Counted from the first letter of the stretch, positions 1-9,541 are shown. The stretch: 54,394 bases of DNA from Chitinivibrionales bacterium (GCA_014728215.1 WJLZ01000143.1:1-54394); one strand, 5' to 3'. Notes: generated by a model not told the origin, from the letters alone. Numbers and translations: made by a program.

Positions 1-286
1 CTACGATCTGGGCGAACATGAAAAAGCGGCGATTCTTTCTCTGCCGGAAGGGGATGATAAAATTCTGAAATATCCTGCGCTCTTTCACAGGATCAGCATG
101 CTGCTTATCAACAAAATCGATCTGGCTCCCTATCTCGATTTCGACATACAGAAAGCAATTAACGAATGTAAAAGCCTGAACCGGACATTCGAAACATTCA
201 GTGTCTCCGCTAAAACCGGGGAAGGCATGGATGGATTTTTTGATTATTTAAAACAGAAAGTAAAGAAGAATGGGGTAATGGAGTAG
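1..286 (+). CDS. hypB: Hydrogenase nickel-incorporation GTPase HypB, C-terminal part. The gene starts upstream of the window.
   Basis: Frame continuous from position 2. The C-terminal sequence LLINKIDLAPYLDFDIQK...SAKTGEGMDGF matches the HypB/UreG-family C-terminus. It lies immediately upstream of hypF-hypC-hypD-hypE. Confidence 0.8.
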   Translation, partial: YDLGEHEKAAILSLPEGDDKILKYPALFHRISMLLINKIDLAPYLDFDIQKAINECKSLNRTFETFSVSAKTGEGMDGFFDYLKQKVKKNGVME

Positions 287-369
287 CGGAAGGTTTGAAT
301 GCTTCAGAATGCTGTCTTGCTCCCTAAAGGATACCCCGTCACTCCATTCTTTCATTCTACCTTTTTCCC

Positions 370-2670
370 ATGATTTCATACACGATCACCATTACCGGCA
401 CTGTTCAGGGAGTAGGGTTTCGCCCCTTTGTCTATCGAACCGCCCATGCACATGGGATCAGGGGTGATGTACGGAACGATGTTTCAGGGGTGGTAATCCG
501 CGCCCGGGGTACGCAAAAACAGCTGGATGCATTTCTTGAGGATCTTTGTACCAAAACTCCTCCCCTTGCCCGGATCCGTTCGTGCGATGTTAAAGAAGAG
601 AGCCCTGGCGAGACTTATGACGATTTTGTTATCGTTGCGAGTAAACACGGGGAAAAACCTGATGTTGACATCACTCGTGATACCGCGCCATGTGCAGCCT
701 GTCTCAAAGAAATGCGCGACCACTCCAACCGCCGGTACGGTCATCCTTTTATCAATTGTACCGATTGCGGTCCCCGATATACAATAATTACCGGACTCCC
801 CTACGACCGGCCCAATACTACCATGACCGACTTTGCCATGTGTCCATTATGCAAAGCCGAATACGAAAACCCGGGAAACCGCCGGTTTCATGCTCAGCCG
901 GTCTGTTGCAACGACTGCGGTCCTTCACTTTCGCTTCTTGACGGCAAAGGAGAAGCGATTCAGGATACCGATCCGGTCGGCCGCGCCGTCGACCTGCTTG
1001 CCCAGGGCAAAATTCTGGCAATCAAGGGTCTGGGAGGGTTTCATCTTGCCTGCAGAGCCGATTGTGAAGAAACGGTGGTTATACTCCGCAACCGCAAAAG
1101 ACGGGAGCAGAAACCTCTGGCGATCATGACCGCCGGTATACCGAATGTAAAAAAATTCTGCACATTATCTGAAACCGAAAAATTTTTGCTTGAAGGAATC
1201 GAACGTCCTATTGTCATTTGTGACAAAAAAGGCGATCTACAGGGAATAGCCGAATCGGTCGCGCCGGGTGTTCCCACTCTTGGCATGATGCTTCCCTCAA
1301 CGCCTCTTCATGCCCTGCTGTTCGATACCGATCGTTATGATGCGCTTGTTATGACCAGCGGTAATCTCAGTTCGGAACCGATCTGCATAACCAACGAAGA
1401 AGCGGTTGCCAAGCTTACCGGTATTGCCGATTATTTCCTCGTCAACGACCGTCCGATCCATATACGGGTGGATGATTCCATTGTGCGGATACTTTCCGGA
1501 AACCCGGTACTCCTGAGAAGGGCCCGGGGGTATGTCCCCGCTCCCCTTCCGGTGAATTATAATGTTGAGGGCATGGTGGCATTGGGAGGCATTATGAAAA
1601 GCACGGTCTGTATCGGCCGGAAGTCAACCTGCTATGTCTCTCAATATCTCGGTAAAGCCGAAAATGTCGAAACCCTTGAGAATGGTGTCCATGTACTCGA
1701 TCATCTTATCGGCGTTCTGGGGGTGAAACCGGAACGGTATATCATCGATCTTCACCCGGGTGGATTTGTTTCATCGGTCATCACGACGGATGATTGTCCG
1801 GTGATAAAAATACAACACCATCACGCCCACGCTGCCGCATGTATGGCGGAAAACCGAATAGACGGGCCGTCGGTATGCCTTATTTATGACGGTCTTGGTC
1901 TCGGGGATGACGAGACACTCTGGGGAGGCGAAATACTTGTTGCCGATACCCGGGAATATAAACGGATCGGCCATCTGAGCCCCATGAAAATGCCCGGCGG
2001 CGATGCAGCCACGCGTAATCCCGCACGAATGGCAATCGGTGCACTGTGGGAAACGTACCCCCACACCGCTCAAAAAATCTGTCCCTGGCTTTCCCCAAAG
2101 GAACGGCAGGCGGTTATCTCCCTGCTCCAATCGGATATTAATTGCCCGGTAACCACGAGTATGGGACGGCTTTTCGATGCCCTCGCTGCGATCCTCGATA
2201 TCTGCAGAGTTCAAACCTACGAAGGACAACCGGCCATTGAGCTTGAAGGATATGCCGACAGGAACGAAAGAAGATCCTATTCCCTCGATATTGTTGATAA
2301 TGGAATACTGCTTCTCGATGGTCCCCTCCTGCTTAAGAAAGCAATCGATGATTTTCTTTCGGGCACGGATACATCGATCGTCGCAGCGCGGTTCCATAAT
2401 TCAATTGTGGATATAAGTGCGGAGGCGGCGAACATTGCCGCGAAAAAGAACGGCATTGGCACAGTGTGCCTGAGCGGTGGATGTTTCCAGAATGCATTAC
2501 TTTTCGAGCGTTTGGTTAAAAAACTGCACGATCTTAAACTAAAGCCCGTGTATCATCGTATTTTATCTCCAGGAGATGAGTGCATCTCCTTTGGGCAGGC
2601 GGTGATCGGAGGGGCGAGGAGAGCGAATATAAGTAATGAAAACATCAGGAGTAGTACGCTTAAAGATTGA
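370..2670 (+). CDS. hypF: Carbamoyltransferase HypF ([NiFe]-hydrogenase maturation)
   Basis: 766 aa. It has an N-terminal acylphosphatase-like domain, two CxxC...CxxC zinc-finger pairs (CAACLKE...CTDCGPRY; CPLC...CNDCGPS), a YrdC-like region and a Kae1/HypF C-terminal domain (HHHAH...GGCFQN). It lies within the hyp operon. Confidence 0.93.
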   Translation: MISYTITITGTVQGVGFRPFVYRTAHAHGIRGDVRNDVSGVVIRARGTQKQLDAFLEDLCTKTPPLARIRSCDVKEESPGETYDDFVIVASKHGEKPDVDITRDTAPCAACLKEMRDHSNRRYGHPFINCTDCGPRYTIITGLPYDRPNTTMTDFAMCPLCKAEYENPGNRRFHAQPVCCNDCGPSLSLLDGKGEAIQDTDPVGRAVDLLAQGKILAIKGLGGFHLACRADCEETVVILRNRKRREQKPLAIMTAGIPNVKKFCTLSETEKFLLEGIERPIVICDKKGDLQGIAESVAPGVPTLGMMLPSTPLHALLFDTDRYDALVMTSGNLSSEPICITNEEAVAKLTGIADYFLVNDRPIHIRVDDSIVRILSGNPVLLRRARGYVPAPLPVNYNVEGMVALGGIMKSTVCIGRKSTCYVSQYLGKAENVETLENGVHVLDHLIGVLGVKPERYIIDLHPGGFVSSVITTDDCPVIKIQHHHAHAAACMAENRIDGPSVCLIYDGLGLGDDETLWGGEILVADTREYKRIGHLSPMKMPGGDAATRNPARMAIGALWETYPHTAQKICPWLSPKERQAVISLLQSDINCPVTTSMGRLFDALAAILDICRVQTYEGQPAIELEGYADRNERRSYSLDIVDNGILLLDGPLLLKKAIDDFLSGTDTSIVAARFHNSIVDISAEAANIAAKKNGIGTVCLSGGCFQNALLFERLVKKLHDLKLKPVYHRILSPGDECISFGQAVIGGARRANISNENIRSSTLKD

Positions 2671-2681
2671 GAGGTATTGAC

Positions 2682-2909
2682 ATGTGTTTAGCAGTCCCGG
2701 CAAAGATACTCAGCATCGACGGCACGGTTGCCACCTGTGATATGGCGGGCAATACCACGAATGCCGATATCTCGATGACTCCCGAGGCAGGCGTGGGCGA
2801 TTATGTGATTATCCATGCAGGTTTGGCCATTCAGAAATATGATGAACAGGAAGCCTTAGAGACTCTGGCGCTGTTTAAAGAGCTTGGCGATACAACGGAG
2901 TCGCAATGA
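2682..2909 (+). CDS. hypC: Hydrogenase maturation factor HypC
   Basis: The canonical N-terminus MCLAVPAKI follows a GAGG RBS. The six-frame ORF starts earlier at a TTG (2667), but the ATG at 2682 gives the conserved MC start. It is about 75 aa and the stop overlaps the hypD start (ATGA). Confidence 0.88.
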   Translation: MCLAVPAKILSIDGTVATCDMAGNTTNADISMTPEAGVGDYVIIHAGLAIQKYDEQEALETLALFKELGDTTESQ

Positions 2910-3988
2910 ATTTAGTGCATTTCAATGATCCATCAACTGCCAAAAAGCTTCTTGACGGCATCCATGCCCATGCTCGGAAGCTCGATCAGGTTACAATTAT
3001 GGAAGTATGCGGCACGCATACCATGGAGATCGGCCGCCTCGGATTGCGGCCCCTCCTCCCGGAAAATGTTGAACTCGTTTCCGGGCCCGGCTGTCCGGTA
3101 TGTGTGACACCGGGGACGGTAATCGACCGGGCAGCAGAGCTTGCACTTGAGCATGATGTCACCGTGTGTACATTCGGTGATATGATGCGGGTCCCCGGAA
3201 ACAAAACCTCTCTTGAAAATGCCCGCCGCCGGGGCGCCGCAATCGAGGTTGTCACATCACCACTTCAGGTACTTCAGCTTGCCGAGTCCAACCCTTCCGA
3301 AGAATATGTGTTTATTGCGGTGGGGTTCGAAACAACGATACCGGTTGTTGCACGAACCGTTGTTATAGCATCCGAAAAACGATTATCCAATATAAGCTTT
3401 ATCATCTGTCACCGTCTGGTGCCCCCGGCACTCGATGTCCTTATCGACGATAAGGATATTGCACTTTCGGGATTTCTTCTCCCGGGCCATGTCAGCGCCA
3501 TTATCGGCATGCAAGCCTATGCCGGGCTCACCGGTGCAAAAATCCCCGGGGTGGTTACCGGATTTGAACCCCTCGATATTATCGGCGGCATTCAAGCTGT
3601 CATGACTCTACTGACAGAACACCGATATGAGGTTGTCAATCGATATCCGCGCATTGTCAAACCAGAGGGTAATCCCCATGCCCTGCAGCTCATGAGTGAG
3701 GTTTTCAGCCCGGCCGATGCTGTGTTCAGGGGTATCGGGCCGATACCGAACAGCGGCCTTGCTTTACAGGAGCAATTCGGCTCCTATGATGCATGCCGCA
3801 AATACAAAATAGACATACAAGAAGATATCATGCCGAAAGGATGTTCCTGCGGTGCAGTACTGAAAGGTATTATACGTCCCGACCAGTGCCCACTCTTTGC
3901 CGGCGCCTGTACCCCCAACTCACCGGTGGGTCCTTGCATGGTGTCGAGTGAAGGTTCATGCGCGGCATACTACCGGTACGAACGGTGA
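2906..3988 (+). CDS. hypD: Hydrogenase maturation factor HypD
   Basis: 360 aa with the conserved HypD motifs CGTHT, GPGCPVC, FETT and the C-terminal CxxC...CxxC cluster. It is translationally coupled to hypC. Confidence 0.92.
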   Translation: MNLVHFNDPSTAKKLLDGIHAHARKLDQVTIMEVCGTHTMEIGRLGLRPLLPENVELVSGPGCPVCVTPGTVIDRAAELALEHDVTVCTFGDMMRVPGNKTSLENARRRGAAIEVVTSPLQVLQLAESNPSEEYVFIAVGFETTIPVVARTVVIASEKRLSNISFIICHRLVPPALDVLIDDKDIALSGFLLPGHVSAIIGMQAYAGLTGAKIPGVVTGFEPLDIIGGIQAVMTLLTEHRYEVVNRYPRIVKPEGNPHALQLMSEVFSPADAVFRGIGPIPNSGLALQEQFGSYDACRKYKIDIQEDIMPKGCSCGAVLKGIIRPDQCPLFAGACTPNSPVGPCMVSSEGSCAAYYRYER

Positions 3989-4156
3989 GTGTGCAAGACC
4001 ATGGACCTGCGAACTTGTAAACGAAACCGGAAAAACACCGCTGTTCACTTGTCAAGTGTGGTCTCGAAATGAACAAACTCACGCCAAGGATGGAGAAAAG
4101 ACTCCCGGCGCTTCGGTTCAGATGTTTACCTTACTAAAAAGGAGGTTCAGCAGCTT

Positions 4157-5164
4157 ATGACAATTGACAGAATCGAACTTTCCCATGGAAGCGGGAAGGG
4201 ATTGCAGGAATTGTTGGGTGAAATAATTTTTCCGGTTCTTGCATCGGATCATACCGGTGCCTTTGAAGATGCGGCGGTGATTTCTCCGGGATGCGGCAAG
4301 ATCGCATTCACCACCGATTCCTTTGTCGTTAATCCCCTTGAATTTCCCGGCGGTGATATCGGTAAGCTTGCCGCCTGCGGGACAATCAATGATCTTGCAA
4401 TGATGGGTGCGGTACCGACCCATCTTGCCGTCTCCCTTATTCTCGAAGAAGATCTTGATGCCGGGCTGCTCAGGAAAATATTAAAATCGCTCAAGGATAT
4501 GTGTGCCCTTACCAATGTTGCCATAAGCTGCGGGGATACGAAAGTCGTGGAAAAAGGTAAAGCTGACGGCATCTTTATTACTACCGCTGGAATCGGGAGT
4601 GTGCATGAAGGCATCAATCTTTCTGCCGGATTTGCCCGCAAGAATGATACGATCATTATTAGCGGGCCTGTGGGCTTGCATGGAATTGCAATTTTAGCGC
4701 AGCGTAAAAATCTGGGATTTGCCTCCAGTGCTGTTTCCGACTGCGCTCCCCTTCACGAACCGGCCCTTGCCCTGCTCGAAGCGGTTCCTGAAACTCGGGT
4801 GATGCGTGATGCCACACGGGGTGGGTGTGCCACGGTCCTCAATGAAATTGCCGCCGATTCCGGAGTAACGATCAGATTGAAAAAAACCGATATCCCCGTC
4901 CCCCAGGTTGTCGAAAGCGCCTGCGCCTTTCTGGGTTTCGACCCACTCCAGATTGCCAATGAAGGCACCTTTGCAGCAGTTGTACCCTCAGATATGGCCC
5001 AAAAAGCTCTGGAGGCCTTATATTCGTGCCCGCAGTCAAAAAATGCCGCAATTATCGGAAAGGTCGAAAATAAGGGACGTTTCCCCCTTGTTCTGGAAAC
5101 CGAAGTTGGTGGGACCAGACCGGTAGAAATTCCACCCGGACGGCTGCTTCCCAGAATTTGTTGA
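4157..5164 (+). CDS. hypE: Hydrogenase maturation carbamoyl dehydratase HypE
   Basis: 335 aa, PurM-like/AIR-synthase-related fold signature. The C-terminus ends ...PRIC, consistent with the conserved HypE C-terminal cysteine. It follows hypD. Confidence 0.9.
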   Translation: MTIDRIELSHGSGKGLQELLGEIIFPVLASDHTGAFEDAAVISPGCGKIAFTTDSFVVNPLEFPGGDIGKLAACGTINDLAMMGAVPTHLAVSLILEEDLDAGLLRKILKSLKDMCALTNVAISCGDTKVVEKGKADGIFITTAGIGSVHEGINLSAGFARKNDTIIISGPVGLHGIAILAQRKNLGFASSAVSDCAPLHEPALALLEAVPETRVMRDATRGGCATVLNEIAADSGVTIRLKKTDIPVPQVVESACAFLGFDPLQIANEGTFAAVVPSDMAQKALEALYSCPQSKNAAIIGKVENKGRFPLVLETEVGGTRPVEIPPGRLLPRIC

Positions 5165-5262
5165 GGGGGTGAAAGCGGTGTTATCCGCCGGAATTATTCC
5201 CGCACCTGTAATCAAGATTTTGCAGTGATTAATTACAGGTACGGGATCATTGGGACAGACTA

Positions 5263-5475
5263 TTAAATATGTCCTTTGTTGAGCAGCGCCGTAATCGTCT
5301 CGGTTTTCCAGCGAGGCCGGTTACCGATGGTGATATCCGGAGGCGGGATACGTCCTGCATGACGTAAATCGCGAACCGTATAATAGTTTACCCGAAGATA
5401 TTGCGCGATATCGCTTGGGGTTAACAAGGTCGGAATCGGAATGTTCACCTGTTTGTCTTTTTTCCTCTCAGCCAT
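5263..5475 (-). CDS. Small excisionase-family (MerR-superfamily) helix-turn-helix DNA-binding protein
   Basis: 70 aa. The motif DIAQYLRVNYYTVRDLRHAGRIPPPDITIGNRPRW is typical of the excisionase/Xis-type HTH_17 DNA-binding domain. It is a stand-alone gene, convergent with hypE. Confidence 0.6.
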   Translation of the reverse strand: MAERKKDKQVNIPIPTLLTPSDIAQYLRVNYYTVRDLRHAGRIPPPDITIGNRPRWKTETITALLNKGHI

Positions 5476-5898
5476 AGCACAACCTCCATTCTAAGGTGGA
5501 TTGTGAAATAATCCAAAACACTTTTTTATACTGGTATGATATTTGAAGACATTTTAATCGTTTTCTCATTCTGGGTCAAATCCCCCCCCCAATTTACTTC
5601 TAAAAAACATAAATTAGCAAACATTATGCCAACCCTCTAACTTACTGAAAGCATTCAAAAAAGAAAAAATTCTCTGAAAAATTCGCCTATAATTATGTAA
5701 ATGCGCTAACAATTTAGGTCATTGGTGCAAAAATACGGCGATGAACGGTGTCTTTTGGGTGATGAAGCTTTGCAAAAATTGCAAAGGGTGTTGGAAAATT
5801 TTAGAAAGTAAGAATTTCACCGGTACGGCAAAGGGAACTTCGGTGGACGATTCCAGAATATAATTCCCGATTTTTGAACGGATTACGCCATTTCTGGT

Positions 5899-6780
5899 AT
5901 GGTAATTGCACATAATGAGAAAACTGTAAACACAAAAGAACAACCGGGCCGGATTAACCGGCCGGCAAAAATGCACGTGTTTCGAACAACAAACAGGGGG
6001 CCGGGTATGGACAAACGTGGAAGACCTTTTATATGGGAGATGATCCGTGAGGCTATCGAAGCGATGGGGGGGAAATCGACCAATGTGCTTGTTCGTGACT
6101 GGATACTGGAACGATATCCTGAAGCGAATGCCAACACCATTCAATGCCATATAATCATCTGTACGGTTAATCATCAATCACGGGTCCATTATCCCGAAAA
6201 CCAGAAACCCCGGCGTGCGGAAAGTGAATACGATTTCCTTTACCGTCCCTCCCCGGGCAAATTGGAATTATACGATTCCCGCATTCATGGTCAATGGGAA
6301 ATAGTCCAGGACCCTCATGGTTTTTTATTTGTCCGCCGTGCCGATACGGCAGCCCGGGGAAAACCCGAAGAAATCTTTGTCGGCGGAGGAATGATTGAAG
6401 AAAAACAGCTTCGAACCTACCTGGCCCGAAGTCTCGACAGTATTCAGCAGGGCCTTGAATTATTCGTTGATGACATGGGTAATGACGGTCTCGAATATTT
6501 AACCGATATCGGTGCTATCGATATTTTATGCGTTGATCGGGAAGGTAATTTCCATATTGTCGTGCTCAAAGTCGAGCGAACGGCCGAGGAAGTCAGTGGC
6601 CAGATTCTCGGTTTCATGAACTGGATCAAACAGTATCTGGCCGGCGAAAAAGCGGTTTGGGGATATGTCATTGCCACCCAGATTTCACCCCACATGCGCT
6701 ATGCCCTGGCCAATCGTGAAGATATCTTCCTTAAAGAATACGAAATCAATATCATTTTAAAAGACGTCGAGAAAGCGTGA
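5899..6780 (+). CDS. Hypothetical nuclease-like protein: an N-terminal winged-helix (Mrr_N/HARE-HTH-like) region, a central beta-rich domain and a C-terminal NucS/DUF91-like PD-(D/E)xK nuclease domain. The true start is probably the ATG at 6007 (MDKRGRP), which follows a GGGGG RBS-like tract.
   Basis: The C-terminal segment IDILCVDREGNFHIVVLKVER...VWGYVIATQISPHMRYAL fits the D...(D/E)xK plus Q..Y and vrGilvA pattern of NucS/RecB-like endonuclease domains. The N-terminal segment FIWEMIREAIEAMGGKSTNVLVRDWILERYPEAN resembles winged-helix target-recognition domains fused to restriction-type nucleases. No confident family assignment is possible without a search. Confidence 0.5.
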   Translation: MVIAHNEKTVNTKEQPGRINRPAKMHVFRTTNRGPGMDKRGRPFIWEMIREAIEAMGGKSTNVLVRDWILERYPEANANTIQCHIIICTVNHQSRVHYPENQKPRRAESEYDFLYRPSPGKLELYDSRIHGQWEIVQDPHGFLFVRRADTAARGKPEEIFVGGGMIEEKQLRTYLARSLDSIQQGLELFVDDMGNDGLEYLTDIGAIDILCVDREGNFHIVVLKVERTAEEVSGQILGFMNWIKQYLAGEKAVWGYVIATQISPHMRYALANREDIFLKEYEINIILKDVEKA

Positions 6781-7052
6781 TGGGAAAATAGAAGTCAAAA
6801 GCATGGGTCTGGGTGAGCAATTTATTGGGAATAATCTTCCACTTCTTCTTCTCAATCACAGTCTCCCATAAATGAAAATTCACTTTTCTTAAATATGCGA
6901 AAATACGCTTCGGTATATTCTCCTTTTTATTCAGTATCAAGAACTTAGCTGGAGGCTTACACCTGCTGGAATGAGAATTGCAAAAACAGTATTTCACATA
7001 AATTAGCGCAATCGGCTCAATAGTTTCGAATCGATAAGAAAGAGAGGTATGG

Positions 7053-8597
7053 ATGGCCTTTGTACAGGATGGTTTGACGCATGGAATATTGTATACGGAT
7101 TTTTACCAGCTTACCATGGCTCAGCTCTATTTCAAAATGGGTATGCATGAGACGAATGCTCAATTCGAATATTTTTTCCGGACCTGTCCCGATTATGGGG
7201 CCCATAAGGCCGGTTATTGTATCATGGCGGGAACATCATGGCTTCAAGAATGGATGAGCGATGTAAAGGTCGATAAACAGTCGATCCAGAAGCTGCGCGA
7301 TCACACGGGAAAATCGGGAAAGCCGATTTTTTCGGATGATTTTTTAGACTGGTTTGAAGAAAACGGGAATTTTAACCGGATAACCATGGAGGGGATTGCC
7401 GAAGGCCGGGTGATTCATCCGAATGTACCGGCCTTAGTTGTTCGTGGGCCGCTTGCTATGGCACAGATACTCGAATCACCGCTTCTGAATCATATGAATT
7501 ATCCGATTCTGATTGCCACAAAGGCATCCCGGGTCAAGCGGGCCGGTGCGGATAAGATGACCATTGAATTCGGCATGCGACGGGCGCAGAGCGAGGCGGC
7601 GAATGCCGGTGCACGAGCCGCCCTTATCGGCGGCGCCGATTTTACCTCAAATACCGGTATCTCCTATAAACTCGGTCTACCACCCAAAGGCACCCATGCG
7701 CACAGTATGGTCCAGGCTTTCATGTCACTGGGTCGGGGAGAATTGGAAGCATTCAGAGCCTATGCGGATGTTTATCCCGATAACTGCATTCTTTTGGTTG
7801 ACACAATCAACACACTGGAAAGTGGTATCCCCAATGCTATAAAAGTCTTCGAAGAACTGCGGAGTAAAGGTCACACTCCGGTGGGAATCCGACTGGATTC
7901 GGGGGACCTTGCCTATCTCAGTATCCAGGCGAGCATGATGCTTGACAAAGCAGGCTTCGGAGATGTTTCGATTGTGCTGTCAAATAAACTCGACGAACTG
8001 GTATTGATGCAGATTATCAAACAGATCAAAGAAGAAGCTCCTCCGGCGGGAGTGGATCCCGATAAACTTATCAACCGCCTGGTGTACGGCGTTGGGACCC
8101 GGCTGATAACATCCAGGGGAGAAGGTGCGCTTGACGGTGTCTATAAGTTGACGGCAATCGAGCAGGAGGGAAAGTGGATACCGGCGCTCAAATTATCCGA
8201 AACACCGGGCAAAACACTTAATCCCGGTAAAAAAAATGTATGGCGCCTCTATGATAAAAACAACAAAGCAATTGCCGATTGTCTGTCGACCGGCGATGAA
8301 GATCTCAGAACATATTCATCGATTCACCTTCATCATCCGGTGGATTACACCAGATCCCGCGCTCTTGATGCAACAAGTCTGGGTCGAATCGAACAGCTTC
8401 ACGTTCCCCTTTTTAAAAATGGCGGGATCAGAGAAAAAGAAGCCTCTATCGACCAAATGAGAAAAATACGGAGAGCCGATGAAGAATATCTCGATTCCGG
8501 AGTCAAGCGATTTATCAATCCTCATATTTATCACGTATCACTTACCCGGAAATTATGGGAGCTGAAACAAGACCTGATAGAGCAGGCAAAAAAATGA
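7053..8597 (+). CDS. pncB: Nicotinate phosphoribosyltransferase (NAPRTase)
   Basis: 514 aa. The N-terminal motif LYTDFYQLTMAQLYF and overall length match NAPRTase family proteins. GAGAGG RBS upstream. Confidence 0.85.
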   Translation: MAFVQDGLTHGILYTDFYQLTMAQLYFKMGMHETNAQFEYFFRTCPDYGAHKAGYCIMAGTSWLQEWMSDVKVDKQSIQKLRDHTGKSGKPIFSDDFLDWFEENGNFNRITMEGIAEGRVIHPNVPALVVRGPLAMAQILESPLLNHMNYPILIATKASRVKRAGADKMTIEFGMRRAQSEAANAGARAALIGGADFTSNTGISYKLGLPPKGTHAHSMVQAFMSLGRGELEAFRAYADVYPDNCILLVDTINTLESGIPNAIKVFEELRSKGHTPVGIRLDSGDLAYLSIQASMMLDKAGFGDVSIVLSNKLDELVLMQIIKQIKEEAPPAGVDPDKLINRLVYGVGTRLITSRGEGALDGVYKLTAIEQEGKWIPALKLSETPGKTLNPGKKNVWRLYDKNNKAIADCLSTGDEDLRTYSSIHLHHPVDYTRSRALDATSLGRIEQLHVPLFKNGGIREKEASIDQMRKIRRADEEYLDSGVKRFINPHIYHVSLTRKLWELKQDLIEQAKK

Positions 8598-8701
8598 CAT
8601 ATGCAGGTTAAGATCGATTTGGGGAAATGAAGGAAACCACGGATTTTTACGGATATGCACGCTTATTAATAGTCCATTCCTCTCCCCATCCATAATCCCC
8701 T

Positions 8702-9541
8702 TTATTTCAGCGATTCCTGTTCTCTGCCGCGTATGACGCGTTTTCCTTTCATGGAACCGCGGGAATAGCTTACAACCGTGCATTGATCTTCAACGCTGTC
8801 ATGGCTGTAGTATATCACCACCCATTCATGGGTTTTACCGAATTCATGAGCCTTATGGGTATTGGAGTACATGGCGGTAAATTTCCAGCCGTCACGCTGG
8901 GTATTCATGATGGGCAACCATGCATCATGGTCGGGATTGAATCGGCGGGGAGCAATTGTATGTAACTTGCCTTCATCTGCTTTCTGACGGTATTCCCGAT
9001 CTATTTCGAGGAGCAGGGGAACCGATGGCTGTTTTTCTATTTCATGCATACGCCTTCTTTTGGAGCGGCTCAGAATGGAATTAAGCGTTTCAGCAAGACC
9101 TTCAGTACGCCGTTTTCCCATGCCCGATAACTGCTCCACCCTTCCGTCATGCACCGCCATTTCCAGCTCTTCAAGTGATTCAATCCCAAGCTTATCATGA
9201 ATCTCCTCAGCCAGTTTCTGTCCGATACCCGGAAGAGACTTCAGCGTATCCATAAACGATTGTTCGCATTGAAGATGATCAAGGAGGCTCAATTTGCCGG
9301 TATTGTTGATTTCCTCGATAGAGGCTGCAATTCCTTTACCGATCCCTCGTAGTTCGGTAATTGCCCTGGGGCCATCTTTCTTCAGCCGTTCACTTACAGA
9401 AAATTCGGTTCCCCTGATTACCGATGAGGCGATATGATAGGCGCGCGCCCGGTGTTCATTGCCATCCTTGCGCTGCAGAAGCTCCGCCACTTCTTCGAAA
9501 ATGTCTGCTAACTGTTCATTCGATACGGTGTTTTGACTCAT
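8702..9541 (-). CDS. PolX-family N-terminal (8-kDa lyase-like + HhH fingers) domain protein with an unrelated ~110-aa C-terminal region. It lacks a polymerase palm and PHP domain.
   Basis: The N-terminal ~170 aa (LADIFEEVAELLQ...ARAYHIASSVI...ELRGIGKGIAASI...LKSLPGIGQKLAEEI) show the tandem helix-hairpin-helix architecture of the DNA polymerase beta/X N-terminus. The C-terminal part has no recognisable motif. Confidence 0.6.
   Translation of the reverse strand: MSQNTVSNEQLADIFEEVAELLQRKDGNEHRARAYHIASSVIRGTEFSVSERLKKDGPRAITELRGIGKGIAASIEEINNTGKLSLLDHLQCEQSFMDTLKSLPGIGQKLAEEIHDKLGIESLEELEMAVHDGRVEQLSGMGKRRTEGLAETLNSILSRSKRRRMHEIEKQPSVPLLLEIDREYRQKADEGKLHTIAPRRFNPDHDAWLPIMNTQRDGWKFTAMYSNTHKAHEFGKTHEWVVIYYSHDSVEDQCTVVSYSRGSMKGKRVIRGREQESLK

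Noticed and set aside
1771-2397. 208-aa minus-strand ORF inside hypF
   Set aside because: It is fully contained antisense within a well-supported HypF coding region and has no motifs.
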